This document shows, in pieces, positions 29,231 to 39,331 of a DNA stretch of 64,000 bases. The stretch covers positions 1 to 64,000 of IMG/VR virus record IMGVR_UViG_3300026101_000001. The stretch is one strand, 5' to 3'. The notes beneath the pieces are model-generated. The model was not told the DNA's origin. It was given only the letters and a program-made list of their open reading frames with translations, and did no database searches. The stretch's first letter is position 1. The number at the start of each line of letters is the position of its first letter. This stretch comes from a virus (Duplodnaviria; Caudoviricetes). The translations under genes and the position numbers were made by a program.

Positions 29231-30397
29231 TTATCGATTAGAAACAAACGCACTGTTATGCGCGGCAGTAAGCACCAGAACGTCGTCAGCTCCCGGTGTA
29301 TCCGCACCTTTGCCAACACCACCCCTTGGGATTGCTGCCAGTTTAATTTGAGCTTGTTTTAACAGCTCAATTTTCTCGTCAGCGCTGGCGTCTTCAGCCA
29401 ACGTCAAACCCGCTGCAACCGCAGCCAGTTTTAGTTGTTCATCGAACACGCCGACAATTTTGTTCGCCGTTTCAAGTTGCGCTTGAGCGGCTGAAAGATC
29501 AGATTGAAGTTTGGTCTCAGAACCATTTTCAATCTTCGTATTTAGTTCTTCTACTTGTCCTTTCAGCGCGGCAACTTCCGACTGAGAAGCGGTAAGCGCT
29601 GCCTCTGCCGATTCGAGTTTAACTTCTAGCTTGCCGTTAGCTGCGGACAACGTAGAAACTTGGTTTGTTAATGCTGATAAATCCATAGTTTCACCTGTTG
29701 TTTCACTTTGAGTTGGGGAGCAAGTCATATAACTGTACTGTACGGCTTCAGGAGAACTTGAAGCGGCAAGCTGGTTATATGCGTCTTTGCCCAGACGTTG
29801 CTTGGCAGAGCCAAGTATCTTCGGTTTATTACTCGCGCCTTTGTTCACGAGTGATAATTCTTTCCAAGCACGGAGGTCGGTTAAGCGAAGGTGGGTTCCG
29901 TTCTCACCGATTCGATGACCGTTATCACATTCACGAAACCAGAAACTCATTTCGTTGCCTTCGGCCATGTAGTCGAAACCACATTCAGAACAGTACGCGT
30001 GATTGGGAGCTGCCCCGACAGAAACCTCATCTAGAATAGAAAGGTCAATATCTCTGGCGTAAGGGCCTTCAGCATCGACATAGAAAAGAACGTTTAAGTC
30101 CATGTGCCCTTCATCGGCGCTATAGGTATCTGCGGCAAACACCTTACCTACAGGGAGCATCTGGCCATTGTGCATGACCTGAATAGGGACACTTTCTTCT
30201 TTGTAATACGCCGCCATCTGTGACAGAAAGCCTTCTGTCATTTGTGCGCCATGATAGGCTGTGCTTGGTTGATTGATTGGACGAGTAGATGCCGCAACGC
30301 TCTCATACGCTGCAATCTGCGAAAAGTCTATTTCATCACCAGCGGCTGCGGTGATAAGCGATTTGATACGCTCAGTGAGGGTTAGCCGTTTAGCCAT
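29231..30397 (-). CDS. Prohead protease with C-terminal scaffold
   Basis: IQVMHN, EVSVGA, ELSLVNKGA; C-terminal coiled coil. Confidence 0.75.
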   Translation of the reverse strand: MAKRLTLTERIKSLITAAAGDEIDFSQIAAYESVAASTRPINQPSTAYHGAQMTEGFLSQMAAYYKEESVPIQVMHNGQMLPVGKVFAADTYSADEGHMDLNVLFYVDAEGPYARDIDLSILDEVSVGAAPNHAYCSECGFDYMAEGNEMSFWFRECDNGHRIGENGTHLRLTDLRAWKELSLVNKGASNKPKILGSAKQRLGKDAYNQLAASSSPEAVQYSYMTCSPTQSETTGETMDLSALTNQVSTLSAANGKLEVKLESAEAALTASQSEVAALKGQVEELNTKIENGSETKLQSDLSAAQAQLETANKIVGVFDEQLKLAAVAAGLTLAEDASADEKIELLKQAQIKLAAIPRGGVGKGADTPGADDVLVLTAAHNSAFVSNR

Positions 30398-30472
30398 CGT
30401 CAATTTCCATCCAAATTTTCGATTATCTTAGGGCTTTTCAATCGCGTTGCCAAGCCCGATTAAAAATTAACC

Positions 30473-31933
30473 TTAAGACTGGTTAGCGTTAGACTTCGCA
30501 CTTTTGTCTGAAGCGCGACTAACAGAACGTCCTTGCGGGTCAGAATTAGGGCTTACTTTTTCTGCTTCTACTTCCATAGCGCCGCCAATAAACCCCGTTC
30601 CACTTAGCTCAGCTACCGAGTCCGGTCTAATGCGACGGTACATGGCAATATGGTAATCATCGTCGGTTATCAACCCATCACTTAGGTCGGTTCGCAAGCG
30701 GTTTGACTTCAAGTTCAATTGGGCCTCTAGCTCAAGCTCCGAACGCAAATCAATATTAGGGAATCTGACAATAACTCGACTCTCGGAGCCTTGCATACGT
30801 AAAGCCATCGTAAGCATGCTGCCTAGGATTTCTCCGATAGGCTCATTCAAACTATCGGCAGCTTTGGCAAACAAGTTCGCTTCAACCGTCGCGGTATTTA
30901 CACCCGATTCACCCCGACCAAGTACCGTGGCCATCGTCTTTAACCCTGCTTGGTTTTGGGCGTTAAGCGTATCAATCACTTCCTGAATTTTAATACCTGT
31001 TGCGGGGTTCTTTTCATTAAGCATTGAAACTTCAGCACTGTCGGTGTGAACCATCGCTTGGTCTGGACGCAACGAAGCAAACGCGCTTCCAATATCTTGG
31101 CGGCGTTGAGAAATATAGGTTCTTAGTTTTTGCGGGTCTACTTTAACGTCAGCCGGAGCATTTTTCACCAAGACTTCTTCAAGTACCTTGATAGCGATTC
31201 GCGGGAACCCTGTAACTTGCATGATTCGATACAAGTCATTAATCACCTGTTGCCTTGCTGCCATGGTATTAATTGCACTAACGAAGGGGCTATGGCCGTA
31301 AGCTTCAATAGGTGATTTTCGGTACCAAGCTACGAAGAAAGAAGGGATATCCATTTTAATTGGGTCCCCGCCCCCTTGGTCTTGCCATGGCACCATTTTC
31401 CCAGGCTCTTTTTCTTGCCATCGAATACTGGCCATATCGATATTGCGAAGCTCAGTTAATTGAAGTTGATCCCCAAATACCGTTTCACAGCCTATACCAC
31501 CTCGGGCTAATAGCATGTAGCGGAATTCTTCTGATAGTTCTCGCAGAGTCTTAGGTCTTAAGTAACCTTTAGAGTAGTCGCGGCGGGTCTCTAAGGCTTC
31601 AATAAGTTCATTAACTATCTTGGCACCATCGCGGTCAATCGCCCCGTCGGGGTCTTTTACAACGATATAAGGGATAGAGCTCCCCGCCGTAGTTAGATAT
31701 GCGCCTAATGCCGCTGAGGCATCAGGGTCGGACTTAACAAGCTTCATAATGAGAGTTTGTGAGTTATCCGAAACTCGACTTGAATAGATATCTTCTAGGT
31801 GTTCCCGATAATCTGGGAGCGATAGGACTTCTGTGTTGTTCTCTGCGTTATAGGTCGCAGTTTGTGTACTCCCTTTCGGCTTAAACCGATTAGGCACAAT
31901 TACCTTGAGCTTGCTAAGTATTGTTCCGGCCAT
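30473..31933 (-). CDS. Portal protein
   Basis: ~486 aa between terminase and protease; YGHSPFVSA. Confidence 0.75.
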   Translation of the reverse strand: MAGTILSKLKVIVPNRFKPKGSTQTATYNAENNTEVLSLPDYREHLEDIYSSRVSDNSQTLIMKLVKSDPDASAALGAYLTTAGSSIPYIVVKDPDGAIDRDGAKIVNELIEALETRRDYSKGYLRPKTLRELSEEFRYMLLARGGIGCETVFGDQLQLTELRNIDMASIRWQEKEPGKMVPWQDQGGGDPIKMDIPSFFVAWYRKSPIEAYGHSPFVSAINTMAARQQVINDLYRIMQVTGFPRIAIKVLEEVLVKNAPADVKVDPQKLRTYISQRRQDIGSAFASLRPDQAMVHTDSAEVSMLNEKNPATGIKIQEVIDTLNAQNQAGLKTMATVLGRGESGVNTATVEANLFAKAADSLNEPIGEILGSMLTMALRMQGSESRVIVRFPNIDLRSELELEAQLNLKSNRLRTDLSDGLITDDDYHIAMYRRIRPDSVAELSGTGFIGGAMEVEAEKVSPNSDPQGRSVSRASDKSAKSNANQS

Positions 31934-31951
31934 CGTCAATTTCCCAAATTG

Positions 31952-33733
31952 TTAGTACCGACGAATTATTTTTGTCGGGTTATTGCTGGAAGAATAACCG
32001 ATTAAGTCGGTTGTGCCAAAGATATCATTATCTTGTTGGCCTAGAAGGATACCTCCACCGTGGCCAGCGTTAGAGAAATCGGTATTCACATTCACCCAGC
32101 CCTCAAGACCGTCTTTTACAATCTTATACGAGACCCCTGCGGCGAGATAGGCCATTGCGTGGAAGAAGTGGTCTTTACCGGAAAGCTTAACCCAAACGGC
32201 TTGTTCCTCTTCGACTTCCTCTCTGATCATATCCTGAAGATGAGACTCTATTTTGTCTTGGTTACTGGTGTAACCTTCAATCGACCACGTTAAGTTTCTT
32301 ACACCCGTGGCCACATGGTCTAGCATATCGGTACGGTTTACCTTGATATAGTCCACTTCCCCGAGTGCATTCTTCTCTTCAGCAACTTCCTTACTTTTCG
32401 TGTAGTGCACCGGCATAATTCGCCCGAGGCTACCGTTACGGATATCATTACTGGTAGGTGTATAAGGGTACCTATCCAAGCCTCCCCCAACAAAATGATA
32501 TTGCTCATCTAGCTTATTAACCAGCCCCCGTAATTGGTCTATATGGCAGTACGTGGCTAAAATAATCCGCATCTTTCTAGGGTCGGTACCACAACCTACA
32601 ACGATGTAGCACGTTACCCCCATATCGATACCAATGAAGTGTGGTTCACCTTGTCTTGGCTCTGGGATAGCTGGGCTTCCCATGGCTAGTTTTATCTGGC
32701 TTAACGAAAGCTTCTGGTCTTCGTTGTTGTAGGACTCACCCTTAACCGTGTTGTAAAAGCCCTTCAGGTTATCATTCGATTTGTAATCAAATAACTGAGC
32801 GAAACAATACTGAGGGTCTAGTCTGTGGGTAGAGAACGTGCGGATACGGTACCCGCGGTTGAGCACCCGACTCGGGTATTTAGCCACCCATTCACGGTTT
32901 TCGTAGTCAGCAAGGTTTAGGGGCTTCCGGCATTTTTCACAAACCACGCGTGCGGATTGAATATCGAGCTGGCCAGAGTCGATAAGGTTATCTGAGATAT
33001 CTTCAAATTTTTCCAAATCATCTGGTAGGCCATCGACTTCGACGAACGCTCGGCTAAATACGGGTATTTGGTAATGGTTGCAGCAACGGCACTTAATCAC
33101 GTACTCATGCTGGTCACTTCTTCGGTATCCTCTGTCTACACCTACCCCTTCATAAGTTGGGGTACTGAAACGCTGGTTAACACGGTGATCGGAACCTTGT
33201 AGACGAGAGTTAAAGAGTGACAACATTGACGGGTCTGTTAAGTCAATCTCATCGTTAAAAACAAAGTCCGCGTTGATACTCGTGGCGTCGGCCTCTGCAG
33301 AACCAGTGACGTAAAGGAAACTGGTACCAATCCGCATAAGGTCCATAGACTGTTTGGTCTTGTCCCCATTCTCTTGCCTGAAAGCTTTATCAAAATTAAT
33401 CAACGGCTGGATACGCGCTTTTGAAATACGCTTAAACATCCGCTCATTCGGCATGGTGTAAATCAAAGAGGTGTTGGGCGTCCGGCTTAATATCGCCAGC
33501 GCTTTACGAATCTGTATTTCGGTAAGACCAACCTGAGAGGGCTTTATACAATCGAGGCTGGGGTGCATATCATCGGCAATCTGTTTTTGGAAGGGATAGC
33601 GCTCGAAACTAAAAGGCCGCTTGTTGAGTGAAGTGTTGGCACACATCCAATCACCATGCGTCATATCTTTCGAATCTTTGTTGTACCGGCCTTCTGCAGT
33701 CGAGTACAAATCCATTAAAAACTGATTAGCCAC
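31952..33733 (-). CDS. Terminase large subunit, lambda gpA-like
   Basis: KPSQVGLTE Walker A variant, FNDEID Walker B, FSTPT, CxxC zinc motifs, IGIDMG nuclease, KDHFFHA; GTG start at 33733 after GAGGT. Confidence 0.88.
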   Translation of the reverse strand: MANQFLMDLYSTAEGRYNKDSKDMTHGDWMCANTSLNKRPFSFERYPFQKQIADDMHPSLDCIKPSQVGLTEIQIRKALAILSRTPNTSLIYTMPNERMFKRISKARIQPLINFDKAFRQENGDKTKQSMDLMRIGTSFLYVTGSAEADATSINADFVFNDEIDLTDPSMLSLFNSRLQGSDHRVNQRFSTPTYEGVGVDRGYRRSDQHEYVIKCRCCNHYQIPVFSRAFVEVDGLPDDLEKFEDISDNLIDSGQLDIQSARVVCEKCRKPLNLADYENREWVAKYPSRVLNRGYRIRTFSTHRLDPQYCFAQLFDYKSNDNLKGFYNTVKGESYNNEDQKLSLSQIKLAMGSPAIPEPRQGEPHFIGIDMGVTCYIVVGCGTDPRKMRIILATYCHIDQLRGLVNKLDEQYHFVGGGLDRYPYTPTSNDIRNGSLGRIMPVHYTKSKEVAEEKNALGEVDYIKVNRTDMLDHVATGVRNLTWSIEGYTSNQDKIESHLQDMIREEVEEEQAVWVKLSGKDHFFHAMAYLAAGVSYKIVKDGLEGWVNVNTDFSNAGHGGGILLGQQDNDIFGTTDLIGYSSSNNPTKIIRRY

Positions 33734-33772
33734 AGCTACCTCAATTATCGTCAATTAGTCTATTTTCCGAAT

Positions 33773-33815
33773 AGATTACGCTTTACTGACTATACAGGCA
33801 ATCTTGCGGTATGAT
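33773..33815. promoter_or_regulatory. Overlapping divergent sigma70-like promoters (late operon leftward; 33846 rightward)
   Basis: Minus: TTGCCT (33801-33796), 17 bp, TAATCT (33778-33773). Plus: CTGACT, 18 bp, TATGAT (33810-33815). Confidence 0.45.
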
Positions 33816-33845
33816 ATTTAACCTATAACAAAGCGGAGATTGACG

Positions 33846-34334
33846 ATGAAAACACCCAAGTTCTATCCTGAGTTCACCCCTAACCTTTTCACAACGCTGA
33901 ATACGTGGAAAAAACTAATTCAAGACGACCCAACCTACCTCGACGATGAAGACTGCCCTTACGAGCCCAACGAGATAGAATTCCTTACCGCGATTTTTAG
34001 CACCCAAACCGACGCTGGCATAACCGTTGCAGACTCAGAACTAGAGGATTCAGATGCGGTTCCTGATTTCGAGACGGAAGCACTTCAGCTTTACCGTGAT
34101 ATGAAAACATTTAAAACGGCACTGAACAAAAGTGACACAAGCGAAATGACCAGTACGTTTCGTACCATGGTGTCACTGATGGAAAAAATCCTCGATGTTC
34201 AAGAACGAGCCTCAGGTATAAAACAATTTGGTGTATTCAAAACGTTTATCCTCGATAGCATGGAGCGCTATCTAACACCGCAGCAAAAAACTGAGTTTAT
34301 CGACGAAATGAAACTCGTACTTAATCAGGAGTAA
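33846..34334 (+). CDS. Hypothetical protein divergent from terminase (possibly small terminase)
   Basis: GGAGATTGACGATG start; helical 162 aa; function inferred from position only. Confidence 0.55.
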   Translation: MKTPKFYPEFTPNLFTTLNTWKKLIQDDPTYLDDEDCPYEPNEIEFLTAIFSTQTDAGITVADSELEDSDAVPDFETEALQLYRDMKTFKTALNKSDTSEMTSTFRTMVSLMEKILDVQERASGIKQFGVFKTFILDSMERYLTPQQKTEFIDEMKLVLNQE

Positions 34335-34338
34335 CCGC

Positions 34339-36846
34339 ATGTATAGTTTATTATCGAAAGCCTTATTTGCTGTAGGTATCCCAACCATTCCGCTGTTTAA
34401 AACTTCAAAGCTCCCTGCTATCCCTAGTGATAAAATACTTCATGCGACCCAGGAGTTACACCAAAAGAATTGGCAAGCGACACATGCGGATAAGCTTTGC
34501 GGCGTGGCCTTGGGTCAGGCGCTCAAAGACGAGAGTGAATATTGTCTTGTCGCGTTAAGGCTCGATCATAAACAATCCGATTTAAAGCTTTCGCTCTCTC
34601 ATAAGCTTCCTTCAAGCTTTTGGCTGGTCTCTGAATCAAATAGCCATTACATGATTTTTAAAGCGCCGGCACCTTCGCCTTGTAGTGAGTCACTAAAATC
34701 GTTCACGGTTCTTGGCTCGGGCCTCGAGGGAAGTTTACTTTCGTTCTTAGCGGAAGATACGTTCGTAGTACTAAGTTCACCGACTCAGGTACCTACCAAA
34801 GACGTCGTAGATAACTTACCGGTATTTGAACCACACCATATCATGGATGTGTTGCAGGAGATTATGCCGGATGTGGAGTTTCAAAAAGAGCCATACCAGC
34901 ACGAAGCAAGGACAAAATTACACACTCTAGGCCAATTGGACGTAACTATGCGCTCTTACCTGACGCATTTTTGCTACGATTTTTTACTGAATTGCGACCA
35001 AAACACGTACCTTTTGCCCGTTTTGCAAGAAATTGACGCGCTTTATGATAGTTTTTCGCAAAATTTTGCCAAAATACCCCCAAATCATCAAAAAGACGCC
35101 TATTTCCAGACCTTCTACTCACTTATCCACCAAGTGCGTATGTACTACAACCTTCGCCTTCCGCCCCACTGGGACATCAATATTGGCTCTAATCTAAGGG
35201 ACAGATACGCGATTCCCTTCACTTCGAAGGACGCGCAATACACCTATCAAGGCCTTCAGAAGTACGTTTACGATAAAATGTCCGACGCCATAGGCAACGA
35301 AACCCAAATGTTGAGTGCATGCCAGTCGGCCATGGAAGAAATCGCACGCTCATTCACAGTAACCAAACTCGAAGTAGACCAGCTCAAGCGATATATCTCG
35401 CGTCAGTCTGGGATGAAGCTAAACATGACGAAGATGGATAGTCAGATAGCAAATCTTAGGAAGCAAGCGCGGGGCGTGATAGACCTTCCGGCCATCGTTA
35501 CTATTGTTACTCAATTTCTCTCAAGTCAAACCGAGCATCGCTATGATGCGGCCATCGATGCCCAGAGATTATGCCGTTGGCTAGGCACGCATTGGGAACC
35601 TGTAGAAGACCATGAGATAAGCCATATCATCAACACCTACTTTCCGTCGAACTTCACAGACAAGGGTACGCGTAACACCAATACGATTATTACGGCTATC
35701 AAAAACAAACTGGCCCTGCCCCTTCGACGCGTCAATTCTGTAGGGGTGAACTTCAACAACGGGTTCGTGAACTCCCAACTTCAGCTATTACCCCACGACC
35801 CAGATATGGGGTTAACCTATACGTTGCCATTTACCTTCAACCCAGACCAAGTTTACCCACCCGAAAAGCTATATAAATTTATCACGGAGATTTGGGAGAA
35901 CGACGACGAGAGCGATAACATAATGGCTTTGCAAGAAGCGATGGCCGCGACGTTCTTCAACACGGGGACACTTTTTCAAAGGGCCATCCTACTTCACGGC
36001 ACGCCAAAATCAGGAAAGAGTCAGATACTCAATATCATTCGCGGTCTGGTACCACCCCAAAAGCGCGTTTCACTCCCGCCCAACAAGTGGGGAGATAATG
36101 ACGCGCTGGCCGCGCTATCGAATAAACTACTAAACCTGTGTGGCGAACTCTCTGAAAACGAACCTATCAACAGCCAGCGCTTCAAAGATATTGTTGATGG
36201 CCAAGAAGTCACGCTTAAGCGAAACATCAACCAACATAACACCCTGCAACCGATGGCTACACATTGGTTCGCCTCAAACCATCTGCCAAAAACTAAAGAT
36301 TTCTCGGAAGGATTTACTCGACGCTGGTTGATACTCAATACGGAAAGACCTATTCCCCCTGAAAATCGAGAGCTGGATGTTGGTAACAAAATTGTTGCTG
36401 AAGAAAAGGACAAGATTATCTCGTGGGCCTTACGCGCTTATCCGAGACTGGTCAACAATCGCGACTACACCTTACCCGACTCACATCATGAGCTCGTGCG
36501 CCAGCTCGGGCAGATGAACAATAACGTTCGATACTTCTTCGAAGCCTCTGGGTATATTGAATTGTCTGATGATTCTATGATAGCGGTGCTTAAATCCCTA
36601 CCAAAAGACGAGTTGATTGATGAGCTTAAGTCACTACCTTCTATAGCCGGTAGGGATTTATATACCCTCTACGCCGCATCTGTTCGCGAATTTAAAAACG
36701 GGGCTGTCGTGGATGAAGGTGAATTCTATCGTCGAACCAAAGAGCTCAGTACGCTTTATCAGTTTCTCCAAGTCGTGGGACGCGATTCGAAAAACCGATT
36801 AGTTATTCAGTATTATGGACTGAACATTCAATTAAACGCTCATTAA
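34339..36846 (+). CDS. Primase-helicase, D5/P4-like SF3 helicase with degenerate prim-pol-like N-terminus
   Basis: HGTPKSGKSQI Walker A, LNLCGE, FASNHLP, GFTRRW; D5_N-like VNFNNG/LTYTLPF. Confidence 0.85.
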   Translation: MYSLLSKALFAVGIPTIPLFKTSKLPAIPSDKILHATQELHQKNWQATHADKLCGVALGQALKDESEYCLVALRLDHKQSDLKLSLSHKLPSSFWLVSESNSHYMIFKAPAPSPCSESLKSFTVLGSGLEGSLLSFLAEDTFVVLSSPTQVPTKDVVDNLPVFEPHHIMDVLQEIMPDVEFQKEPYQHEARTKLHTLGQLDVTMRSYLTHFCYDFLLNCDQNTYLLPVLQEIDALYDSFSQNFAKIPPNHQKDAYFQTFYSLIHQVRMYYNLRLPPHWDINIGSNLRDRYAIPFTSKDAQYTYQGLQKYVYDKMSDAIGNETQMLSACQSAMEEIARSFTVTKLEVDQLKRYISRQSGMKLNMTKMDSQIANLRKQARGVIDLPAIVTIVTQFLSSQTEHRYDAAIDAQRLCRWLGTHWEPVEDHEISHIINTYFPSNFTDKGTRNTNTIITAIKNKLALPLRRVNSVGVNFNNGFVNSQLQLLPHDPDMGLTYTLPFTFNPDQVYPPEKLYKFITEIWENDDESDNIMALQEAMAATFFNTGTLFQRAILLHGTPKSGKSQILNIIRGLVPPQKRVSLPPNKWGDNDALAALSNKLLNLCGELSENEPINSQRFKDIVDGQEVTLKRNINQHNTLQPMATHWFASNHLPKTKDFSEGFTRRWLILNTERPIPPENRELDVGNKIVAEEKDKIISWALRAYPRLVNNRDYTLPDSHHELVRQLGQMNNNVRYFFEASGYIELSDDSMIAVLKSLPKDELIDELKSLPSIAGRDLYTLYAASVREFKNGAVVDEGEFYRRTKELSTLYQFLQVVGRDSKNRLVIQYYGLNIQLNAH

Positions 36847-36961
36847 TCAATCAGGCATAACCTTAGGCGAAAAAATTTTTAAAAATTTTTTCGCCTTTTT
36901 TACGTTTCTTTGCACACATTGACAATGTGTGTAAGTGCTTTCAATTGATGAACTTTTCCAA

Positions 36962-36990
36962 CTACAAAAACACAATTTAATTGTGTCTTT
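36962..36990. promoter_or_regulatory. Palindromic operator-like site, copy 1
   Basis: CTACAAAAACACAATTTAATTGTGTCTTT; 27/29 identical to reverse complement of 56361-56389. Confidence 0.6.
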
Positions 36991-37267
36991 TATTTCAGAA
37001 ATACGACAACAAAAGCCCTCGTGATTTAACACTTATATAACAGAATATAAGGTTTGCCACCGGTTTACTTACTTGACCAATCGAGGAGATTTTTATACTT
37101 TAGTTGGCGTTGACAGCAAACAGCTTACATGCCTCAACCGCGGGAGCCCAGCGCTCCTTACAATTTGGAAATTGACGATAAAGCCTGTTCTAATCTTTGT
37201 GCCCGTCCGCATACCTAGTTTCAAGCTTATCCTACGAGCAACGACCTCTGATTACGTTGAACGTCTC

Positions 37268-37306
37268 AAACCCCGAGTGGCCATAATCCCTCGGGGTTTT
37301 CTTTTT
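37268..37306 (+). terminator. Intrinsic terminator
   Basis: AAACCCCGAG...CTCGGGGTTT then TCTTTTT. Confidence 0.75.
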
Positions 37307-37471
37307 GGCCTAGGTTCTCGGGTCGCAGTTCTCGGGTAAAGTTTCTAGTTTCTGGGGTGAAGGTTCTCGGGTCGCGGTTCTAGGTTTGAGGGTAGTATCT
37401 ATAACCTTCCAAAATTCCAAAAATTTTTCAGGTGGAGTGAGAGGGCCACCCCACTATATCACCCCATTTTC

Positions 37472-37501
37472 TTGCATAAAATCCACCCCCCCTTATATAG
37501 T
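37472..37501 (+). promoter_or_regulatory. Sigma70-like early promoter
   Basis: TTGCAT (37472) with TATATA/TATAGT 16-18 bp downstream, upstream of gene at 37592. Confidence 0.5.
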
Positions 37502-37591
37502 GAATGCAACTCGGGACACGTACCACTTAACACGGCTCGAGGGGGGGAACATTCCCCCACCAACAAATTAACTTTTAAGGAATTGACGATT

Positions 37592-38311
37592 ATGACTACT
37601 GCTACCACTTTCAATGCTTCTGTTTTTGCTTCTGCTCTTGTTACCGCTGATAAAAATGACCTACGCGTGCCAGCCGTGAAAATGGCTATTGCGTGCTATG
37701 CCGTAGCACACAACATGGAAAAAGGCGCTAACATCGCGCTTTGTTGTGACCTGTATGGCGTGCCAGCTAACCAACGCACAAAAGCCAACCGTGACAGCTC
37801 ACGCCTATACAACCAAGCAAAAGGTTACTGGAAAACTTACGTGAAATTCGTAAATGATAACCGTCAATATCTAACCAAGTTTTTTGATTCTATCAAAACC
37901 ATTGAGTTAAACGGCACATTCGCGCAAATTGGTGACAAGGTATTAAACGCGGATATTTACGGCGAAAACGGTGCACCGCAAGGTCGCGTAGAATGGCTTA
38001 ACTTTTTAGGTGAATACTTGCCTAAAGAAACGAAAGAAGAAAAGCCAAGCAAAGACGCAAAAAGCGCACCTGTAAAGGGCAAGGACAAAGAAGGGGGAGC
38101 GGCAAAGCGTGCTGCTGATGATAACGTCACAAGCGCTGTTCAGGCTCTTGTTTCTAAGCTTGAGGATCATACTCAAGCATTGATTAATCATCAGCTTGAA
38201 GCACTCGACGCGGCCGGTTTACCTAAAGCACATCGCGCCAAAGTTAGTAAGGCAATGCTTGCTTTATCGCTTGAGATTCAAAAGGATCTAGAAAAGCAAT
38301 TAAACAAGTAA
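37592..38311 (+). CDS. Hypothetical early protein
   Basis: Start after AAGGAATTGACGATT; 239 aa. Confidence 0.75.
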   Translation: MTTATTFNASVFASALVTADKNDLRVPAVKMAIACYAVAHNMEKGANIALCCDLYGVPANQRTKANRDSSRLYNQAKGYWKTYVKFVNDNRQYLTKFFDSIKTIELNGTFAQIGDKVLNADIYGENGAPQGRVEWLNFLGEYLPKETKEEKPSKDAKSAPVKGKDKEGGAAKRAADDNVTSAVQALVSKLEDHTQALINHQLEALDAAGLPKAHRAKVSKAMLALSLEIQKDLEKQLNK

Positions 38312-38351
38312 GCCCAGCGGGGGGAACATTCCCCCCTCAATTCGAGAAACG

Positions 38352-38388
38352 AAAAACCGATTAGAACTAGCCGTGCTAATCGGTTTTT
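38352..38388 (+). terminator. Intrinsic terminator
   Basis: AAAAACCGATTAG...CTAATCGGTTTTT then T-rich tail. Confidence 0.75.
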
Positions 38389-38586
38389 TATTTTTCGCGA
38401 GGCTATTAAGCGCGTGCCTACCTATGCTGGTGGTGTGTGCCAGTGCCTAGGCTCTCGTGTCTAGGATCTAGGCTGGTGGATTGTGATAGCAATTCGCGTG
38501 AAGGGAATTTGGGCAACTACAGGGCCGTGACTGTCGCGGCGATTTTAGGGGGGAACATTCTCCCCCAGATTTGAGGGAATAATATT

Positions 38587-38847
38587 ATGAAAATACCAAT
38601 GCGAATTTTGAGACAGAACAATGGTTTGAATCTGGGGACCACGGAATATATAAACGACAAGAAAGTTTGGTTTCATAAACTTGAGTTGGTAGGTACAACG
38701 GCTCAGCTTGAGCGCTGGTGGCGAATGCGCCAGCGTAGACCTAATCCACTTAAAGACTTGGATGAGGTTGTTATGTACAACGTTGAGCATGAGGGCGTGC
38801 TTGAGTGTGCAGAGGTTCAGGAAATAATTGCTCGATATGAGCGCTAA
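38587..38847 (+). CDS. Hypothetical protein
   Basis: GAGGGA RBS; flanked by hairpin repeats. Confidence 0.6.
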   Translation: MKIPMRILRQNNGLNLGTTEYINDKKVWFHKLELVGTTAQLERWWRMRQRRPNPLKDLDEVVMYNVEHEGVLECAEVQEIIARYER

Positions 38848-38889
38848 TTAAGGGGGGAACATTCTCCCCCAGAGACAAGGAAATTGATG

Positions 38890-39123
38890 ATGATTACACG
38901 TACAGATATCGCTTTATTTATCGCGTTTATGGTGCATTTCATGATGCTGGTGGCTGGGTTCACGGTACTCATTACGAGTGCCAATGGCCTGGGCTTAATT
39001 GAGGTATCGAGTTACGCCAGTGTGCCGTTGTTTTTGATCTCCGTAGCGACCCTCAAAGCAGAGACTCTAGACAGAAGAAGTAATTTTCGGCTGGTGGAAG
39101 TTCGCTTTCATTCTAAAAAATAG
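38890..39123 (+). CDS. Small two-TM membrane protein
   Basis: AGGAAATTGATGATG start variant; two hydrophobic segments. Confidence 0.55.
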   Translation: MITRTDIALFIAFMVHFMMLVAGFTVLITSANGLGLIEVSSYASVPLFLISVATLKAETLDRRSNFRLVEVRFHSKK

Positions 39124-39331
39124 AATCTAGAATCGAGGCTGGTGGTTTTTGGTTCGAGAAAAAAGGACAAAAAATTCGAATCGAGGGTTGACAGCGCGGA
39201 AATAGGAGCAGCGCCGATTCCAACCCTCAAGCCTCTATCCAAGCTTCTCGCATGAGAATATAGGACCTCTACAAGGGTCGTGTAAAGTATTTTAAGGCCA
39301 CAGGTATTCGCCTTAACCTCAAAACAGAGCC

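Larger units (their letters stand above)
38426..39145 (+). repeat. Cluster of six co-oriented Chi octamers (GCTGGTGG)
   Basis: Exact GCTGGTGG at 38426, 38472, 38714, 38946, 39090, 39138. Confidence 0.85.
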
